A DNA stretch of 63,452 nt, the filler included, from Rozella allomycis CSF55 (lineage: Eukaryota), in assembly GCA_000442015.1 (NCBI GenBank). It is 11 parts of 11 records of this genome, joined end to end, with 100 filler letters (N's around TTAATTAATTAA, not from the genome) between each part and the next. Parts side by side here need not be neighbours in the genome. Positions count along the whole stretch, not along the records: positions 19,162 to 34,782 come from KE560476.1; positions 34,883 to 37,309 come from KE560477.1; 9 more parts are not named here. One strand, 5' to 3'. The translations under genes were made by a program, and so were the position numbers. The notes under the pieces were generated by a model. It was not told where the DNA came from, did not search any database, and saw only the letters and a program-made list of their open reading frames with translations. This document shows, in pieces, positions 25,864 to 37,409 of the stretch. Every line of letters starts with the position of its first letter. The first letter of the stretch is position 1.

Positions 25864-27575
25864 ATGACTAAACGAGTTAAACACTTTATCATATTGTTCA
25901 ATGAGCAAGCGATGCAGAACAATTCGGCCCACCGCATACTACAAGCTTTTGATTCAGCTACAAATGTTCCGCCTACTACAGTCACAGGTATTTTGGACTT
26001 AGAAGCCGCTGCAGATAATTCAGATGCCGCAACAATCACTACNCTACTGTCACAGGTATCTTGGACTTAGAAGCCGCTGCAGATACTTCAGATGCCGCAA
26101 CGATCACTACTTTCGTTCTAACAAAATCGTCGGAGGGTCAACAATTATCCTCCTTTTTGTCGTTTAACAAAACGAAAAGACTAGGTCGTCATTTTCTCTC
26201 ACGTATCATTACACACAACGTACACATTCAAAGTGTTAAAGCACTTAAACGTAATTGGAAACATGACTTAATTGCTTTGATCCAAGGTTGCAACAACAAT
26301 TACGAGGTACTTAGGGGGACTATGCCAGACATTAGTTCCTCAAAAATGATTTCATTAATAGATTTTTATGCAATTGCATGTNACTTTGATCCAAGGTTGC
26401 AACAACAATTACGAGGTGCTTAGGGGGACTATGCCAGACATTGACACGGTAGTTAGTTCCTCAAAAATGATTTCATTAATAGATTTTTATGCAATTGCAT
26501 GTGATCATAAATTTCACGACGAATTATGCCTTTTTGCCTTTATTCAAAACCACGAGTCTTCATTTGACATTCAATTAGAACAACTAGCTTTTCAATTAAA
26601 ACTTTCGTAAACCGAAATATGCACTCTAAAAGCATGTCCGTACGTGTTGCCGAAGCAATTTCTTGGGGCGAGTCTCGTCAAGAGGTGTCNCTGACATTCA
26701 ATTAAAACAACTGGCTTTTCAATTAAAAACCTTCGTAAACCGAAATATGCACTCTAAAAGTATGTCTGTTCGTGTTGCCGAAGCAATTTCTTGGGGCGAG
26801 TCTCGCCAAGTGGTGTCTAGACGCCTGCAATCTCGTATGGACATTTTGCATCACCTCAAACCACAAGAGCGCCCTATCGAAACAGATAATATATATTTGA
26901 TTTTGCGAACGCATAATTTAGATCCGCATATCTTTCGTGCGGCTTTACTCAANAGGTGTCTAGACGCTTGCAATCTCGTATGGAAATTTTGCATCACCTC
27001 AAACCACAAGAGGGCCCTATCGAAACAGATAATATACATTCGATATTGCGAACGCATAATTTAGATCCGCATATCTTTCGTGCGGCTTTACTCAAATTTA
27101 TATTTGCCGATGTATCAAACGAAAACGTCGGCTATGCCTTATTGGTTCTTCCAATACCAACAAAAGCAAAATAGCACAAGGCTTATGCGACATATTGAAG
27201 TCTGCGACTTTAATAAGTGAAAACACCGTTTACAAGTTAAAGCCACTTCTCAATGCAGAGCTTATAATAATTCCTGAATTGCAAAAATTATTTAATTCCA
27301 GAGTATTAAAGGAACAAGACCTGCTTGCATTATTGTCTGAGGCAAACACTTTATCAATTCCTGTTTCCAATGACGGAAAACAAAAAAAACTCAATCTAAA
27401 TACACCCATATTTATTATGAATCAAAATGACAATTTTGAAAAATTCACAGACATTTCATCCTTAAAAAACAGGTTAGAAATAATACATTTCAATGGCCCG
27501 GCATTTTCAAGCAACCTTCAACTTCCAATCACCGGCCATGCACTTGCTTACTTTCTTTTGACACCAAATGAATAG
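25864..27575 (+). CDS. Parvovirus NS1/Rep-like superfamily 3 helicase (duplicated pieces at N joins; -1 shift near 27117)
   Basis: NIYLILRTHNLDP...KRKRRLCLIGSSNTNKSKIAQGL (Walker A), ELIIIPE (Walker B), TPIFIMNQN (motif C), SLKNRLEIIHF (Arg finger). Confidence 0.75.
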
Positions 27576-27714
27576 ATATACTTAATAATAAAGGCTATTA
27601 AATATTTTATTTTCTTTAAACCTTTCTATTTTTAAATTTATATATCAGCCACAGTGGATTAAACTCGAGCCAGTGAGGCGCATTACTTGCCATTCCATTC
27701 CACCAATCATATTT

Positions 27715-27763
27715 CTTCTTACCTATGGGGTGTGGTCACACCCGGGGTGTAATTTCTTTAGCC
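27715..27763 (-). repeat. Right terminal inverted repeat with GC hairpin
   Basis: Reverse complement is GGCTAAAGAAATTACACCCCGGGTGTGACCACACCCCATAGG. Confidence 0.8.
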
Positions 27764-27899
27764 GAAAATCCTAAACCATTCAATCAACCAAACCAAATCA
27801 AAGAACAACTAAAATAAGAAATATAACAACAAATTAATGAACAATTCAAACAAAACAAGAACGAATCAATCAAATGATGATGAAAGAGAATAATTCTTT

Positions 27900-28330
27900 A
27901 CACCAGAATATAAAAGGGAAGCAATCAAGAAATAAGCGATCAGTTTCCAACTCATTTCTCTGATTCATCTTCATTTTATCAATTAATCCATCTATCCATC
28001 TATCATACCACATACGATTTTACTTTTGCCTTTAGCCTCCCAGTATTTTCGAATTAGTGTGAAATCGTGGAAGTCAATTTCTTCCTCCCATTGGTTGTAT
28101 GATGGATCATGATTCTTCCAGTTTACCAAATATTCTGATGTATTGTCAGCATTTAGTCTGTGTTCTAATATCTTTTCGACTTGAACAGCTTTGCTGTTTG
28201 GATCCTCGTTAACTGGGGTGCCATGGAATAATATCAATGTATGAGGAGGGCGAGTATTTATGGTGCCATCTGGACCTAAAAGTTCACAGGCGCCACCTTT
28301 GTTTCGTCTGATTATTTTGAAAGGCCCAGT
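27900..28330 (-). mobile_element. Ty3/gypsy chromovirus 3' end (integrase GPF motif, chromodomain, probable LTR)
   Basis: GPFKIIRRNKGG; VEKILEHR...EYLVNWK...YNQWE chromodomain; 27915-28011 resembles 29170-29266. Confidence 0.8.
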
Positions 28331-28552
28331 TTTTAAAGTATGGACTATTCATTAAATTTGAAAATAGCAATGTAAAGCCGTTGTGGCTGAGTTTATTTAA
28401 AAGTTTTTCTTCAGCCTAGGTACNCTAGTAAGAGAATTTGTCTGGTTTTCCGATGGGTTTTTAATTGATACTGGTATTGTTTTCTTTCGTTTTTGCAAGC
28501 ATTCTGTTGAAGTAATCTTTAGTGGCAAAGAAGCTAACGAATCTAAAATCTA

Positions 28553-29007
28553 GGGCAGATCAATTCCCCGCACCATGTTGGTCATGTCCCTACACCACCT
28601 AAATAAAACTTTGAAAAAATGTCAATTGCCCGCACCATTTGTCATTTTCCCGCACCACCTTAAAAAAACATTTCCCCGCACCACATGAAGGACTTGTCAA
28701 AGTTATGCGTTAATTCGACATAGTACAACTCGCCCATTACTTATCGAAGCAACATAGCTTGCATGTAACAGTCGGGACAGAAAAAACTTAAAGAACTTAA
28801 GAAAAAGGGCGACTTTCGCATGAGAAAGAAGACAGAAAACAGGTCACTGAATTTGTACGCAGGAATATATTATAAATATGAATAAATGTATTATTATGTA
28901 TATGCGCAACACCTATATATATCTATTTCTGAATTGAGATTTTGGTGTGAGTTTTTGGTGGTGCGGGGAAATGACATTTTTTGGTGGTGCGGGGAATGAT
29001 GATCTCC
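28553..29007. mobile_element. Non-autonomous MULE-type MITE
   Basis: GG...CC ends; imperfect TIRs built of CCCCGCACCA units; 9-bp TSD TAAAATCTA (28544-28552) / TAAAATCCA (29008-29016). Confidence 0.75.
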
Positions 29008-29266
29008 TAAAATCCAGGTAAACCTTAATGAAGTGTTAGCACACATCAATGAAGTCAGAAGAATAATCTCAAAGAAAGAAGAAGAAGAAAAAAGTGAATC
29101 AATTATAAATGAAAACAATGTATTAGAATCTTCCAGACGAATGGTAGCTATGACAACGTCAGCATATATAAAGGAAGCAATCAAAAAAAAACAAGCGGTT
29201 TCCAACTCACTTTTCTGAGTCATCTTTACTTTATCAATTTATCCATTCATTCATCTATCTTGTTAC

Positions 29267-32227
29267 AAACGATTATATCCTGTTCCTATCGCATTGACAA
29301 ACTAACAGGACCACCAATTATCACACATGGGCGCTGGAGTTCCGCTAAGTCCTTGAAGAATTGGACCTTGATCGCTTTTGCACATCGCCTTCGTATCCAT
29401 TATCTAAATCCAATGCTACCTGACCAAGCCTATAATACTATCCCGGCCACTCCTCCCGGGTGTTGCGATATCTTTCATTTAGAAAATCATGCTCCTCACA
29501 CATGTCAACATCTTCCACTTTGGTATGTGCCAGGAAAATCTCAGTACCTGTTTTGCAAGCATTGTCGCACTGCCGTCACAGTTTCCAGAACTGTTATCAC
29601 CCACCTGCACCATGGGAAACAAGGCGTGACCGGGGTTATCAACAACACCGAAGACGGAATGCATTTCCTAAACCACCTCGTAGACAACAAGATGACCCTC
29701 CTACAAGAAGCGACGAGAATCTCCAACAAGAATCACGACTTGTTCACAATGATGAAGATCCATTTAACCCAAACATATTCTCTAATTGTCTTCATTTAAC
29801 AACAAACAATTTACAAAAACCATGCCATCTCATCAGGTAATACTTGGCTTGTTGACACAGGGCGCACTCATCACATGACTAACAATATCAATCCCTTTCA
29901 GTACTATCACGAAAATGCTAATCCACCTGTTAGATTTGCAAAGATTGGTCTCATTGAAGTTCCAGATTCAGCGTTTGTCACACTCCAGGTGCTATTGCGC
30001 GATGGCACAGTCAAGCCTTTTTCTTATCTAATGTTCTCTATGTTCCAGACGTGAATCATATTTTATTTTCCTGCGAGATCCGAATGTTTAAAAGAATCGT
30101 GTGTTGTTTAGTGATGGGTTTTGTACTGCTGAAGACAAGGTCACTGGAGAAATTTTGTTGGAAGGTATATATGATGGTCGATTTTATCTTATTTTACTCT
30201 AAGAGCCGCGATCTTATCATCTGTAAGTTTTAATCAAATAAATACAATGAATTTGTGGCATGAGAGACTTGGTCATGTGAACGAGGAAACAATCAAACAG
30301 ATGTGGAAAAACCANAGAGGTTCATTTTTCCGTGTTCTTAATTCGTCAGTGACCATGACATATGCTCCTGGTTGAAGATTAAAAATTCTGTTATATTCAA
30401 GGCATTCACCCCCTTCTAGTGTCGCTTTTGTATTAGACAACTTATTAATTTCAGGATACACAATCGATGTCGTTTAGTTAAGATCGATGTCGTTTAGTTA
30501 AGACGAGCCTCCAACTCTATTGGTGATAAAGATATTAACTCTTTTTAATTATTCTAATTCCTAAAAAAGTTAGGAGCCCTTGCGAACATCAACGAAAATG
30601 GTGTAGATTTTGTTGTGTCAGAAACTTTTAGATTACAAATGTATTGTGATTGAGCAACATAGTTATCCCATTCACGAATTTGATCTTGAAGCCAATATGT
30701 CTTTTAGCTATGCCATTAGCACGAGGATTGGATGGAGTTATTAACCTGAATTAACAAGTTGATTCACAAATTATGTACCATTATCAGATCGTCTCCAATT
30801 GTCTTCATTTAACAGCAAACAATTTACAATTACAACAAGCAACATTGCCAGGAGAATACTATCACATGACTAACAATATCAATCCCTTTCAGGACCATCA
30901 CGAAAATGATAATCCACCTGTTAGATTTGCAAAGACTGGTCTCATTGAAGTTCCAGATTCATCGTTTGTCACATTCCAGGTGCTATTTCGCGATGGCACA
31001 GTCAAACCTTTTCTCTTATCTAATCTTCTCTATGTTCCAGACGTGAATCATAATCTATTTTCCTGCGAGATCCGAATGTTCAAAAGAATCGTGTATTGTT
31101 TAGTGATGGGTTTTGTAGAAATTTTGTTGGAAGGCATGAATGATAGTCGATTTTATCTTATTTTATTCTCAGAGCCGCAATCTTATCATCTGTAAGTTTT
31201 AATAAAATAAATACAATGAATTTGTGGCATGAAAGACTTGGTCATATGAACGAGGAAACAATCAAACAGATGTGGAAAAACCAAACCTTTGATGGAATGA
31301 AGCCTTTTAATTAATCAATTGAAAATAGTTCTGGATTCGCTTATATTGAATAATTAGCACAGAAACGTGATGCCGCCGAAGCCATCAAGACATTCATAAG
31401 GAGAATCCACAATAAGCAAAGTTGTAGAATCAAAACAATTAGATCTAATAGAGGTGGAGAATTTGTTAACGGACCTTTAAAAGACTTTTGTGGCCAAATT
31501 ATGAAATTCTAAAACAGGGTATGAATACATATAAGTAATTAGGGGTATTCACCAGGTATGTCATGTATATTCCTTTGACAAAAATGCAAGCAGAAACGAA
31601 ACTGCAGGAGAAGCTTTTGTTAATCAATGGATTAGTATTTTTAGTTTTGCTCATAAAATTTTGTCAGATCAAGGAAGTCAATTCATGGGTAAGNCTTAAT
31701 CATAAGCTTGATTTCTGTGAATCTTGTAGACAGAGCAAATTAACTAGGTCATTCTTTAAAAAAAGCTGTCGCCAAGAGGTCGACGTGGGACAATTTTGGC
31801 ACACAGGTTTTATGGGTCCCATTAATACAACAAATCTAGGACGCAAGATAAATATAATAACTTTCATTGAAAATAGTTCTGGATTCGCTTATATTGAATA
31901 ATTAGCACAGAAACGTGATGCCGCCGAAGCCATCAAGACATTCATAAGGAGAATCCACAATAAGCAAAGTTGTAGAATCAAAACTATTAGATCTAATAGA
32001 GGTGAAGAATTTGTTAACGGACCTTTAAAAGACTTTTGTGGCCAAATTATGAAATNGAGCATATGAAATTATTGGACTATGACTCAGTGAAATGCAAGCT
32101 AGTAGGTTATAACTTAAATTCATAAGCATGGCGCTTTAATGTAATTGGAACTAATAAAATAATTATCTCAACACAGACAGTGTTTCACAAAATTAAGAAA
32201 GAATATATCACACTACAAGAAAATCCT
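29267..32227 (+). mobile_element. Degenerate Ty1/copia retrotransposon (duplicated pieces, interleaved with gypsy fragments)
   Basis: CKHC...H...C knuckle, WLVDTG.THHMT protease, LWHERLGH, CESCRQSKLTR, IRSNRGGEF integrase, KCKLVGY. Confidence 0.85.
30316..30770 (-). mobile_element. Ty3/gypsy integrase C-terminal fragment
   Basis: WDNYVAQSQYICN...STPFSLMFARAP and PGAYVMVTDELRTRKNEP. Confidence 0.65.
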
Positions 32228-34782
32228 GGCTAAATCTATACACACCCGGGGTGTCTGAACACCCCCGGTTCAGAGTNTGAAAATCGCATATAAATGGAAG
32301 CCTGTTTAGCAATAATGCATTCTGGGATTCAACTCCATCAATGTGGGGCGAAGCAATTATGGTGGCAAACTACATACAGAACAGAACAGGAAGACAACAA
32401 CATTCATACAAGANTATCAACAACTTCTACATCAACCGCAGATCATCATCAAACATTAGGAAGAGTGAAGCGTATTAATAAATTTCTTTATCAAATTCTT
32501 TATTTATATTTATCAATGAAAGTCAAAAAAAATTGGGAAATTAATTTACCGATATTTGCCCTTTGCAGATAACTCCAGTATTGTTGAATCCCCTATGTTC
32601 ACTCCTCATTATCATATGTTTGGCCAAAAAGCAAATTTACCTACAGACATTGTATATTTAGATCNGATTTGACATGGATTTATCATGGCTGGCTTGGGCT
32701 TAACTTAGAAAACATTTTGGTCTTCGTCAAGAATAATAATAATAATTGTAATGTTAATCTGCATAATTAAATGTTACTATAATAATTTATTTAGCAGCCT
32801 TCGTTTTATATTTTTTCTTTAATGATCGCCACTTCTATTTTCATTAAGTAATAGTACTTACTTCAAAGAAATTGCATCTATTATTTGACGACTTTGAAAA
32901 ATAGTCAATGTAGTATTCCACTGCTTCATACGCGTCCTTAGAACCTTTTCCAAAGCCTTATCCCAATTTAATGTATCTTAGACAATTACATTCGTCATTT
33001 TCTCTTTTCTATAAGGGCTGAAATGTCATGAAGGTTCCAGGTAATTGGACATATACCTGAGGTTTTTCTTTATATTTGAAATAACTTTACAATTTAAAAG
33101 GGTTTTTGACCTTAATAATTCTGCTTCGTCGGATGTATAGGAGGAAAATTTCGTATTAAATTTAGTTATGCGCTTCCAAATAACCAAATTGTGGCAGCCT
33201 TGACTTTGGTTGGAAGAAACCATCCGAAATTATGCCCCATATCGATGTGTCGATAGGTGACATAATCTCCAAAATGCGCAAAAGTTTTCATTGAAATGCT
33301 GTAATTCCTTTTCAATAAGTAAAACTGTCTTTTCTTGACCACTTTTTAAAATGTTGTCGATTCTACGCTGTAGCTCGGATTTAGTTTTTCCTTGGTTATC
33401 ATAAATAGAACTTGTTATTACCAAAGATTTGATACTGGTTTCCCGCCCACAAAACAACATCTCTTTTATCTGCTTCCCACGTTTTAATATTAAATACTCC
33501 TCTGTCGCATATACTCACATTCGAGTGATAATGCGCAGCCAGAGTTTTTAATATTTGTGGATTGATTTTGGGTTTAAAACCTATCTTCTTCGTCAACAGA
33601 GCCTCTCTGCTCGCTTTTCTCATACAAGCAACCTATGTCCCTCAAGCCTAATACATATCCCTTTTTACGTTTTTTCACCTGAAACATATATAATTGATTG
33701 TAACTAATGCTGATGTCATAAATGACCAACAGTCACCACTGGAACCTCGTTGCCTTAAAACATTGATTAGGTAACATTAATGTCTGCATGGCGAGCTCAA
33801 ATTTAAATTTTAATGTAATGTGGGGCATATTTGAATCTCATGTATATATATATGTATCTGTCATGATTGGTGTTTCCTTTTAAGTACGTTTTGTACCAAA
33901 TATGCGTGCCTAAAACCCATTTGTACATGAAAGTTACTTATGCTATAACTATTAACTCTTTGAGGTGCTAAAGATATCATAGATACAGTTTTTTTAAAAA
34001 ACGATTGTGTCCTCTTCAATGGTGTCTCTTTAGTGCACATAGCATTACATTGCTAAGATTGAGCAAATATCGGAATACAAAATTACTTGTTACGATCTAA
34101 TATTTACCCTCTCTACGTCTCGCGTATCCCATGTTGCTAACGACGACGACCATCAATCAAATGTGCGCTGACAACAATTCCTATGTATGCGATCCGTCTT
34201 ACGTATCTCACATGAACGAATATGTTTCTGCCGTTGGTGAACTTGAGTTAACATCGGTGGCGATCAAGGAAAGAATACTGAATGAATCAAAATCATTAGG
34301 TTATGCTCTGTCCGTTGTTCGGACAGACAAGAATATAATAATTTTGGGCTGCAGTAGATCAAAATATCCGTCTTGCTTAGCACGGGTTAGAATATCAACG
34401 TATAAAGCAGAGATTGGAAAGATTGCTTTACATGTTTTTGATCATAATCATCCTCCTAGCGACAAGGTTACAACATTTCCTGATAATGTTGATGATGCTA
34501 TTCGAAGCTTTATAAAAGCGCAAATGAAATTCGTTTCAAATACATACTGCCATACAGGTAATGTTTCCAGTCAATCATATCCCTATAAATACAATAGTGA
34601 CAAAATGGAAACCTTCCGTAAAGAGCTACGGGAATCGAATATGATACACTAATAAAGCAACTTGAAACTGACGAGAATACATACACACGAATACAGGTAG
34701 AAAGAGACTCATTAGGGACAGTGCTAAATTTTATGTGGAGTGACACGCGCGCGCTAAATAACTTTGAATCAACTAATTGCGA
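32228..34782 (+). mobile_element. Second, partial copy of the JmjC-MULE element, including the left TIR
   Basis: GAAAATCCT|GGCTAAATCTATACACACCCGGGGTGTCTGAACACCCCC; 32770-34782 collinear with 19200-21412; JmjC copy has deletions; transposase ATG at 34131; retro fragments lie between N32277 and N32666. Confidence 0.8.
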
Positions 34783-34882
34783 NNNNNNNNNNNNNNNNNN
34801 NNNNNNNNNNNNNNNNNNNNNNNNNNTTAATTAATTAANNNNNNNNNNNNNNNNNNNNNNNNNNNNNNNNNNNNNNNNNNNN

Positions 34883-35883
34883 CGCAAAATGAGTGCTTGG
34901 TTGAAAAGTAAATGCGGGCTTTCCACTAGCATTTATGTACTGAATGATCACATCTGTATCTATACATCTCGGCGAATAAAAGCATAAATTTGAGACCTCA
35001 TGCTCACCATTCATTGGAATTTCTTGCACCACTATTGTATTTCGCTTCTAATACCATACCTTGAGTGCCATTCAGGAAAACTTTATCAAATAAAATATTT
35101 GAGCTTGAAGGAAAGGAAATCGCCTGTTTTGCAATTATTTGTATCATTTTTTCTGGGACCGTCATTACTATCCAATATAGCCTGGGCCCCGATCTTGTAT
35201 TGCTTCCTTTGGGAACAATGTACTCATAATGAATATTTAAAATCGGTTTTTCTTCTTCATGTTGATACACCTATCACACATGTAACTCACTTTTACCTGC
35301 TTTAAGTACTTTTCCTCGCGTCTAAAATATTCATCTGTTGGTTCAATTACAGTTTCAATTATAGCACCAGTATTAGTGCCCACTAGTAGCTCTAAAGTGG
35401 AACCTTCTAATTCATCAATTTCTAGTGGAGTTGGGCCGAAAGCAATCGCAGTTACAATCATTCCCTGTATTCAAAAATTAATCAATATACCTTCCATTTA
35501 GACAAATTTTTGGGTTTTTGATGCCTCATATTGAGATAATATAGTTCTTGTGTCGAGCTTGCGAAAAATGCATGCCTTCCTGTTGGATCGATAAACATAT
35601 TCAATATCCTCTCCGTATAAGAGGTTCTTTTAGAGGATAAAATATCAATTTCTTCTATGCCACTGGTTTTTGTTAAATCGATCCTTAACAATAGGTCATT
35701 TATTAACAACACATATAGGATTTGGTTACAGACTTTCACTTGCTTCAATTTATGGGGAAAATTAAAATGGATAGGATCCAAAGAAAATATATCTTTGAAA
35801 GACTTGGCTTCGGCATATGGAGAATCGACTGAAAGTTTGTTGAATTCTTCAGTCCAATTCATTTTCGAATTTCCATTGAACAT
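34883..35883 (-). CDS. VPS18: Vps18/Pep3 N-terminal region
   Basis: MFIDPTGRH, LLVGTNTGAIIETVIEPTDEYFRREEKYLKQV. Confidence 0.9.
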
Positions 35884-36164
35884 CTAGCTGAAAATGTAAA
35901 CGTAGAATGATGCATCAGGTCTTGAATAATTTAATACTAATTAAAATTGATCTGTATGATGAATTATAAAAGTGAATATAAATTTAGGGTACATTTCAAT
36001 TTTCTCGCGATTTATTCATCAATGAATCAACAAATCTTTACTGGATCCAGTTAAAACTATAGTCTATAATAACATATAATGAAATAAAATAAACGTGTAA
36101 TCAATGCTATTTCTTTTTAGGGAAATTCCCAAAGTACAAGGGTTCGTGAATTCTGACTTGCTAA

Positions 36165-37207
36165 ATGTCTACTGAACAATCTGTACCAAAACCTTCACCA
36201 AAATGGTATCATATAATCGCATTTAGAAAATCTTTAAATCTGCCTAAACCCAATGCATTTGAGGATTTTAACAAAGAAAGTCGACGTAAAAATGTTTTAA
36301 ATGCTTTAACTTAGTTATGTCGCCTGCATTAATGCTTTTTGACGGTGCTAAAGCTGATATGGCACTTGGGTTATCAAATGCGTTTCATGTGGTTCATTCA
36401 TTTCAACTAGGAAGTTCCCAACAAGGCGTACCTACTTATACCTTCTCAGCTATGAATGGCAATGAGAAGGTATTTTGATAAATATTTTAATTCTAGAATT
36501 TGTTGCAAGCGAATATGTCTGCGTCAGGGATGTTGATGGCTAGAGTACATAAGAATTTAACCGATAATTTAATCACAAAATTTTCATATCAGGTATATAA
36601 GAAATGTTTTCAAAAGTAACTAGAGTGCTTTGAATAGCCCTCAACCTCGGATTCAAGCGGAAGCTGATTATTGCGGATCTGACTATCTTGTATCTTTCAA
36701 AACGTTTGATCCCAATATTTTGAGGAAATCTGGTGTTTTTGTTGCAAATTATGTACAGAGTATCACAAAGAAACTATCGGCGGGAGTGGAATTCGTGTAC
36801 CAGAAACCCGACCAATATCATGAAGACGGTTCTATTTCTTACGCATTAAGGTAATCATTTAATGTTTTTTGTAGAGATATGCCGGGGATAAATGGGTAGG
36901 CTCAGCGGTATTAATGCAGATGAGTATGTTGAACCTTTCGTATCATCAACGAATAAGTGATCGCGTTGAAATCGGAACAGATTTTAATTTTTCGATGACA
37001 GAACCAAGAAAAGAATCGCATACGACAATTGGAGGAAAAGTCGATTTTAAACTTAGTTCCTTGAGGGCTCAAATCGACACGAGAGGAAAACTCGCTACTT
37101 TCTTTGAGCATCGATTAGGGCCAGGTGTTTCCGTTCTTTTCAGTGGCGAGATTGACCATTTAAGAACAACAGGGAAATTCGGAATTGGTATTCAGGTTGA
37201 GCAATAA
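36165..37207 (+). CDS. TOM40: Mitochondrial import channel Tom40 (multi-exon)
   Basis: LP.PNAFEDLNKE, FDGAKAD, FHVVHSFQLG, QAEADYCGSD, SYHQRISDRV, FSGEIDH...KFGIG. Confidence 0.9.
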
Positions 37208-37409
37208 GATTTAATAAATTTGCATCTGCAATGTTACTCGTAAGTAAATTACCTTGACAACGTTTAAAAGTAATTTTTTGAGTTTTCATAATGATATCTT
37301 CCAATAATANNNNNNNNNNNNNNNNNNNNNNNNNNNNNNNNNNNNNNNNNNNNTTAATTAATTAANNNNNNNNNNNNNNNNNNNNNNNNNNNNNNNNNNN
37401 NNNNNNNNN

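Larger units (their letters stand above)
19162..27763 (+). mobile_element. Mutator-like element carrying JmjC + MULE transposase + PrimPol + SF3 helicase (copy 1; left end lost at the linker)
   Basis: Right TIR ends ...CACCCGGGGTGTAATTTCTTTAGCC at 27763, followed by TSD GAAAATCCT; four genes identified by motifs. Confidence 0.8.

Noticed and set aside
21782-27090. Many short near-identical direct repeats within the element (also in NHA1, LTV1, the MTC6-like gene and CSN1)
   Set aside because: Each begins at a single N and also occurs in single-copy genes, so they are haplotype or overlap assembly artefacts rather than biological arrays.
27739-27749. CAC...GTG as CACTA/Transib-like termini
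   Set aside because: Homology extends outward to GGCTAAA at all three ends, and the 9-bp TSD abuts GG/CC, indicating Mutator.
27992-28237. Chromodomain as cargo of the MULE element
   Set aside because: It lies outside the right TIR/TSD and follows a gypsy integrase GPF motif.
30316-30461. FNLQPGAYVMVT resembling a PIF1/Helitron helicase motif
   Set aside because: Upstream WD...TPFSLMFAR and downstream KNEP context identify it as a gypsy integrase C-terminus.
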